In this document: piece after piece, positions 63,930 through 64,000 of the stretch
Layout of the letters: each line of letters starts with the position of its first letter
How positions within the stretch are numbered: the first letter of the stretch is position 1
NCBI RefSeq assembly: GCF_963921235.1
Contig: NC_086099.1
Coordinates: 131,936,001 to 132,000,000, forward strand
Source: Mobula hypostoma
Lineage: Eukaryota
Direction: 5' to 3'
DNA: 64,000 bases
The notes under the pieces: model-generated
Told to the model about the DNA's origin: nothing
Seen by the model: only the letters and a program-made list of their open reading frames with translations
Databases searched by the model: none
Program-made: the position numbers and the translations under genes

Positions 63930-64000
63930 TTTTAAAAATCTCTTCCATGTGCTATTTTATATACCCAGGATATTTGAAACTGGGCGGCAGGCAGTTATCG

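Overview
Eukaryotic, repeat-rich vertebrate DNA. The repeat landscape suggests a cartilaginous fish, probably a ray or skate; this is my inference, not a database result. The window holds one host protein-coding gene, MACC1 (+ strand). Its four coding exons are 28727-28826, 29539-31601, 44918-45106 and 45202-45411, all with GT-AG introns and compatible phases. Spliced, they give 2562 nt, or 853 aa plus stop, followed by a 3' UTR of about 1.1-1.3 kb. Most of the rest is nested transposable elements: CR1 LINEs, Rex1/Babar-like LINEs, a young 5'-truncated L1, Penelope-like elements (PLEs; RT and GIY-YIG fragments), Tc1/Tigger elements, and hAT and PIF/Harbinger MITEs. There is also a ~35-bp minisatellite with higher-order structure. 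The most interesting non-coding signal is five intact minimal hammerhead-ribozyme motifs (AGTC-CTGACGA-helix II-GAAACGTC-GACT) in PLE terminal repeats, plus several decayed copies. Two of the intact motifs form a perfect 107-bp inverted repeat with a target-site duplication (TSD), and one lies on the MACC1 sense strand about 1 kb upstream of the start codon. A hAT MITE that carries pieces of two unrelated DNA transposon families is also present. TE boundaries without a stated TSD or terminal inverted repeat (TIR) are approximate, and family names come from motif recognition only.
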